Below, one piece after another: positions 59,762-64,000 of a stretch of 64,000 nucleotides of DNA. The notes under the pieces were generated by a model, which did not search any database, was not told the origin of the DNA, and was given only the letters and a program-made list of their open reading frames with translations. A program made the translations under genes and the position numbers. Source of the stretch: Candidatus Caldarchaeum sp. (lineage in GTDB: Archaea; Thermoproteota; Nitrososphaeria_A; Caldarchaeales; Caldarchaeaceae); assembly GCA_038831915.1 (NCBI GenBank), contig JAWBKB010000004.1, positions 42,253-106,252 on the forward strand. Direction: 5' to 3'. How positions within the stretch are numbered: the stretch's first letter is position 1; every line of letters starts with the position of its first letter.

Positions 59762-60982
59762 TTGGCAAAACTTGTCGTGAAACTTGGGGGGTCTGTTCTC
59801 GCCGATGAAGTGAGCATCGACAAAGCCGGTGAATGGGTCAAACAGCTGGTCGAGAAAAGGAATGAGGTTGTAGTTGTTGTTTCAGCGATGAAGGGAGTTA
59901 CTGACGACCTTTTGCGAAGCGCGCAGAGAATCAACCCTGAGTCCCCGCCTGAACTTCTCGACGAAATATTGGCCATGGGTGAAAGAACAAGCGCGCGACT
60001 TTTCGCTCTTGCTCTACGGAAAAAGGGAGTTGAAGCCGTGGTCATAGACCCCGATTCTGAAACATGGCCTGTGATAACCGACGACAGACACCTGGACGCC
60101 AATCCCATTCTATCCATATGCAAGGAGAAAGTCCAGCGTCATCTCGAGAGAATCGTCGAAAGCGGAGTTGTTCCGGTTGTCTGTGGATATGTTGGAAAAA
60201 CCGAAGATGGAAAAATAACAACCATGGGCCGAGGAGGAAGCGATACGACGGCGGTTCTTCTTGCGAACTGTCTTAACGCTGATGAGGTGATTTTGGTAAA
60301 AGACGTCGCAGGGGTTTTTTCAGCCGACCCGAATAAAACCTCTGAAGCTCATGTTTTAGAGGTTTTGACCACGGACGAAGTCTTCCGGCTAAGCAAAGGC
60401 GGTGCGAAAATCGTTCATTCCAAAGCTCTCGCATTCCTTCATCCAAAAGGCAAAATCAGAATAGGCTCTCTCGACACACTGGAACAAACCGCCACAATCA
60501 TACTCGGAGGTGGAATACCTAAGCTCAACGTTGTTGTCGACGACACAAACGTAACCATGGTCACTATCATAGGTGATTCGATGGGAGAGCCGGCGAAGCT
60601 TTCAGCAGCCATTAAAGCGGTCGAAAACTCAGGCGGAAAACTCGTCGCAGCGTCAGCCGAAGAAGAATCCCTCATCCTGTATCTCAGAGGAGACGGCGAA
60701 ATCGTGGAAAAAATCCACGACTACTTCGTAATTCACAGGCTGGGAAAAGCCGTTAGCCATTTTCCGAACCTCAGCGCGGTTCGGATTTACGGCGCCATGC
60801 TTGAACTAGTCCCGGGTGTTGTGTCCAAAACAGTCCAACCACTCGCTGCTCAGGCGGTCAACGTTTTCGGCGTCCTAACCATAAGCTCCTCAATACGCAT
60901 ATTCGTCTCCACGAAGGACCTTGAAAAAGCCCTTCGCCTAATCAAAGAACAGCTCTCCGACTACATCGAAGAACAAAGCTAA
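59762..60982 (+). CDS. Aspartate kinase with ACT domains
   Basis: VKLGGS, VVSAMKGVTD, TTMGRGGSDTTA, KDVAGVFSADP. Confidence 0.92.
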   Translation: MAKLVVKLGGSVLADEVSIDKAGEWVKQLVEKRNEVVVVVSAMKGVTDDLLRSAQRINPESPPELLDEILAMGERTSARLFALALRKKGVEAVVIDPDSETWPVITDDRHLDANPILSICKEKVQRHLERIVESGVVPVVCGYVGKTEDGKITTMGRGGSDTTAVLLANCLNADEVILVKDVAGVFSADPNKTSEAHVLEVLTTDEVFRLSKGGAKIVHSKALAFLHPKGKIRIGSLDTLEQTATIILGGGIPKLNVVVDDTNVTMVTIIGDSMGEPAKLSAAIKAVENSGGKLVAASAEEESLILYLRGDGEIVEKIHDYFVIHRLGKAVSHFPNLSAVRIYGAMLELVPGVVSKTVQPLAAQAVNVFGVLTISSSIRIFVSTKDLEKALRLIKEQLSDYIEEQS

Positions 60983-61908
60983 CGCTTTTTCTCCAAGTCT
61001 TGAAGCAATGCCAAAACAATGAATGGCAGCGCCACAGTGACGTCTGTTCTCACAAAAACATGCCGAGCACGGCTTGAAATTTTATGCCATGTGACCGCCT
61101 CCCTCGGCCTCGCACCGCTCAAACTTCCGTCATATTCATCCGCAGATGAAATATACACCGCGTAGTCCAATCCATCGCCGCCGAACTGGGACCACCAAAG
61201 GAGATGATGCTTCGAAATTCCACCGCCTAAAATCAAACCCGCCTTATACTCGTGGGTCCACACCAAATCGTTCAAAACGTCGAGGTCTTTGTCATAGTCG
61301 ATTTTCAAGTTGATTGACTTGCCCTGAAGCCAAAGCTGATATCCGAAACTGCCGTCGTAGATTCCCGGCACGAATACTGGGATTTGCAGCCGCCAACACC
61401 AGTAGAGCAGTGATTTTTCGGAGTTAAGGTTTCGCCCTACTTCGTGAAGAATTTCCAAAACCGACTTGTTCGTATTTTTCGGCAGAGTCTCTAACAGTTG
61501 CTTTACTTCTTTTTCGATTGTGGCTCCATAGCTTGGCTGGTCAATGAATACGTTTCCCAGCCGATGTATGTTTTGTTCTGCGAGCTCCCAATCGTCCGCG
61601 TCGAAGCTTCCGCATCGATAATTTCCACGAGTGCGGGCTATGTCATGGTCAACGGCACCACATGTCGTAAAGACGACGTCAAACCATTTTCTCCTCAGCA
61701 TTTCGACCAACACCCCCCTTAAACCCGTTGAAACCAGGTTGCCCGTGAATGAAATCATCCGCAGACAATTTTGTTCTTGGATGATGTTTTTGAGAAGTCG
61801 GTAGGCTTCTCCGAGATGAGAACCCATAAAGCCTCCCATCAAACTCATTTGATTGATTAGCTCTGAAACAGTGGTCGAAGCTGCCAGCTTGATGTCTTCG
61901 ACAAACAT
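60979..61908 (-). CDS. dys: Deoxyhypusine synthase
   Basis: FTGNLVSTGLR, HRLGNVF, GGGISKHH, DGSLSGARPREAVTWHK (catalytic Lys position retained). Confidence 0.92.
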   Translation of the reverse strand: MFVEDIKLAASTTVSELINQMSLMGGFMGSHLGEAYRLLKNIIQEQNCLRMISFTGNLVSTGLRGVLVEMLRRKWFDVVFTTCGAVDHDIARTRGNYRCGSFDADDWELAEQNIHRLGNVFIDQPSYGATIEKEVKQLLETLPKNTNKSVLEILHEVGRNLNSEKSLLYWCWRLQIPVFVPGIYDGSFGYQLWLQGKSINLKIDYDKDLDVLNDLVWTHEYKAGLILGGGISKHHLLWWSQFGGDGLDYAVYISSADEYDGSLSGARPREAVTWHKISSRARHVFVRTDVTVALPFIVLALLQDLEKKR

Positions 61909-62068
61909 ACGTCACCGTATATACCGCTGATGGTTAAAAACCTAAAGCCCGCGCTTTAACGATCTCAGAGCTTAGAACCGCGAACCCTATGTTTGTGCCC
62001 TGATGTTTGAAAGGTTAAACATAAAAGGCGGGCGTGCCGCCGTTCGGGAGGGGCCTAGAGGTTCAACA

Positions 62069-63322
62069 ATGCAGGTTACTTTCCTCGGCGGAGCGTTAGA
62101 AGTCGGAAGGTCGGGAATACAAATATCTTACAAAGATACACGGATTCTTCTCGACTACGGCGTGATGCTCAACGACCACCCGGAGTTTCCGCTACCGGTC
62201 GAAACTAAGAACCTTAACGCTGTTATACTTTCCCATTCCCATCTCGACCATTCTGGCGGGATCCCCATGCTATACATAAGCAGGAATCCCAAACTCTACA
62301 CTACGTCCATGACTTTAAGCACATCAGAGCTCCTAATCAATGATTTCATCAAGCTTTCTGGCGAATATCTGCTGTTCGACAGATATGAAGTCCAGAAAAT
62401 GTTCAGAAATTCTAAAACCGTCTACTACCGTGAGCCCTTCAACGTGGGGAACATCGAAATAGAGCTTGTCGACGCAGGTCACATTCCTGGAAGCGCGCAA
62501 ATCATCGTAAACGCTGACAAAACGCTTGTTTACACCGGAGACTTCACGACCATCAAGACCAGAATGCTTGACGGCGCGGACACAGCCATAGGAGATGTCG
62601 ACGCAGTAATAATTGAATCAACATATGCACACGAAGAGCACAGGCCTCGGTTGGAGCTTGAAAAGGAATTTGTCAAGGCCTGCAGGGAAGTAGTGGAAAA
62701 CGGCGGCAGAGTTCTGGTTCCAGCTTTTTCGGTCGGCAGGGCACAGGAAATTATCTGCATCTTAGCCGCTCATAACTTCAAATACCCAGTCTGGCTCGAC
62801 GGAATGGCGAAAAAGACATTAGAATACTATCTTGCAGATAAAAGGTTCGTTGACAACGCTGACATATTGGAAAAAGCGAGCCGCCGAACAAGATTCGTTA
62901 AAGGCCGGAAGGGCCGTGAAAACGCTTTGTCACAGCCAGGCATCATAGTCGCTCCGGCTGGAATGTTGAAAGGAGGACCAGCACTTTATTATGCTCCTGA
63001 AATTGTGGAAGACGAGAAATCAGCCATCTTTCTCGCCAGTTTCCAAGTCCCGGGAACACCTGGCGAAATTCTGCTTAACCAAGGTAAGTTAGTAATCGAC
63101 AGCATGGAAAAACCAGTTAACTGCATGGTCAAGCAGTTCAGGTTTTCGGGCCATGCTGGACGAGCTCAGCTTCACGACTATCTCCGACGAATCGAGAACG
63201 CAGCCCATGTTTTCGCAGTTCACGGCGAACAACCGATGTGCAAACTATTGGCCGACTGGGCCGCCAACGAACTCGGCCACAAAGCCACTTCACCACAGAG
63301 AGGAGAAACTTACGCTCTCTAA
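62069..63322 (+). CDS. Beta-CASP metallo-beta-lactamase ribonuclease (aCPSF2-like)
   Basis: GGALEVGRS, SHSHLDHSG, AGHIPG, YTGD, ESTY, FSGHA, VHGE. Confidence 0.9.
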   Translation: MQVTFLGGALEVGRSGIQISYKDTRILLDYGVMLNDHPEFPLPVETKNLNAVILSHSHLDHSGGIPMLYISRNPKLYTTSMTLSTSELLINDFIKLSGEYLLFDRYEVQKMFRNSKTVYYREPFNVGNIEIELVDAGHIPGSAQIIVNADKTLVYTGDFTTIKTRMLDGADTAIGDVDAVIIESTYAHEEHRPRLELEKEFVKACREVVENGGRVLVPAFSVGRAQEIICILAAHNFKYPVWLDGMAKKTLEYYLADKRFVDNADILEKASRRTRFVKGRKGRENALSQPGIIVAPAGMLKGGPALYYAPEIVEDEKSAIFLASFQVPGTPGEILLNQGKLVIDSMEKPVNCMVKQFRFSGHAGRAQLHDYLRRIENAAHVFAVHGEQPMCKLLADWAANELGHKATSPQRGETYAL

Positions 63323-63560
63323 ATTAGCGGTCACTTTAATCATCATGTACGAAAGCCTTCTGCTGACACCAGGACATCACTCTCATATTCACGCCACTAC
63401 TCGTGCAGCCGGAAAACATATTCCAATCACTAGTTGAAACAAACGCAAAGTTGTTTATCAGCTCCCTGCTGGTTACTATTGACATCGATGAACCGGCTGT
63501 AGTCGGCTTTGAAAGTTTTTATTATTCTCAGTACGGGTTGAAAATGAAGACGTAACAGTT

Positions 63561-63663
63561 GCGGCGGTCGTCTAGCCTGGTAGGACACCAGCCTGCCACG
63601 CTGGGAGTTCTGCGGGCGTTTCGCTCCGGACCCGAGTCGCGGGTTCAAATCCCGCCCGCCGCA
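63561..63663 (+). tRNA. tRNA-Gly(GCC) with a 29-nt intron in the variable loop (about 63608-63636)
   Basis: GCGGCGG/CCGCCGC acceptor stem, CCAGC-CT-GCC-AC-GCTGG anticodon arm, GGTTCAAATCC T arm; the insert forms a BHB-like motif. Confidence 0.9.
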
Positions 63664-63679
63664 TATTTTATATTTAGAT

Positions 63680-64000
63680 GGTGTTGTTGGGGAATAGATA
63701 GTGGAGTGTTTGGCTGGAGGCTTGGTCGTCCAGTTCTTATAAGGAAGTCTTTCAGTGGTTGTTGTTTTCTTTTTATCGTAAATCCTATGTATTTGTAGAA
63801 GTTCAGCCGATAGTCAGATGGGATGTAGAAATAATAGATGTCTTTCTTTGTATAGTAGGTTTTTCCACTTGGTTTATGAAGGGTGTCCCATGTTTCGTTC
63901 CAAGTCTTGGTCCACTTGTCTCTATCTTCAGAGAAGTTTGACGTATCTAAGTAGTTTTAAATCGGTGTTGTAGACCAGTATTTTTCCGGTTTTGTCTATT
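63680..64000 (-). pseudogene. Frameshifted LAGLIDADG-like homing endonuclease, 3' part (runs off the window edge)
   Basis: Three frames read ILVYNTDLKLLRYVKLL / IETSGPRL / KKDIYYFYI...FYKYIGFTIKRKQ; AT-rich; adjacent to tRNA-Gly. Confidence 0.6.
63701..63721 (-). repeat. Copy of the GCCTCCAGCCAAAC motif also found at the end of the IS110-like element
   Basis: GTGGAGTGTTTGGCTGGAGGC matches the reverse complement of 7256-7276 at 19/21 positions. Confidence 0.7.

Noticed and set aside
63605-63640. Long variable arm (Sec/Ser/Leu-type tRNA)
   Set aside because: The anticodon is GCC with Gly-type stems, and the insert forms a BHB whose removal gives a standard tRNA.
1-64000. Numerous 60-160 aa antisense or alternate-frame ORFs inside annotated genes
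   Set aside because: Shadow ORFs of well-supported genes, with no independent evidence.

Overview
Archaeal genomic window. Gene content, TATA-type promoters and tRNA style point to a thermophilic TACK archaeon, probably Aigarchaeota/Caldarchaeales-like (inference only). Most of it is housekeeping and metabolic: rpoH and the rpoB 5' end, a B12 acyl-CoA mutase with MeaB, sufC, three dispersed NuoL/M/N-type antiporter subunits, an Opp/Dpp ABC transporter, top6A, nrdJ, tyrS, ATPase C/H, sua5, cgi121, a Urm1-like protein, a xanthine dehydrogenase-family operon, aspartokinase, deoxyhypusine synthase and a beta-CASP RNase. It also holds tRNA-Asp and an intron-containing tRNA-Gly. There are two accessory zones. 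The first (about 4.2-7.3 kb) has an orphan tRNA 5' half, decayed ORFs, a candidate structured RNA, and a compact IS110-like RuvC/Nop-type gene. That gene lacks the usual catalytic serine loop and is followed by a structured 3' region with box C/D-like motifs. The second (63.7-64 kb) is a frameshifted LAGLIDADG-like gene that shares a ~21-bp 3' motif with the IS110-like element. Other leads are a half-length DOHH-like HEAT protein near deoxyhypusine synthase, an isobutyryl-CoA-mutase-type residue signature, and a Urm1/Cgi121 near-fusion. All calls come from reading the sequence by eye; no database search was run.
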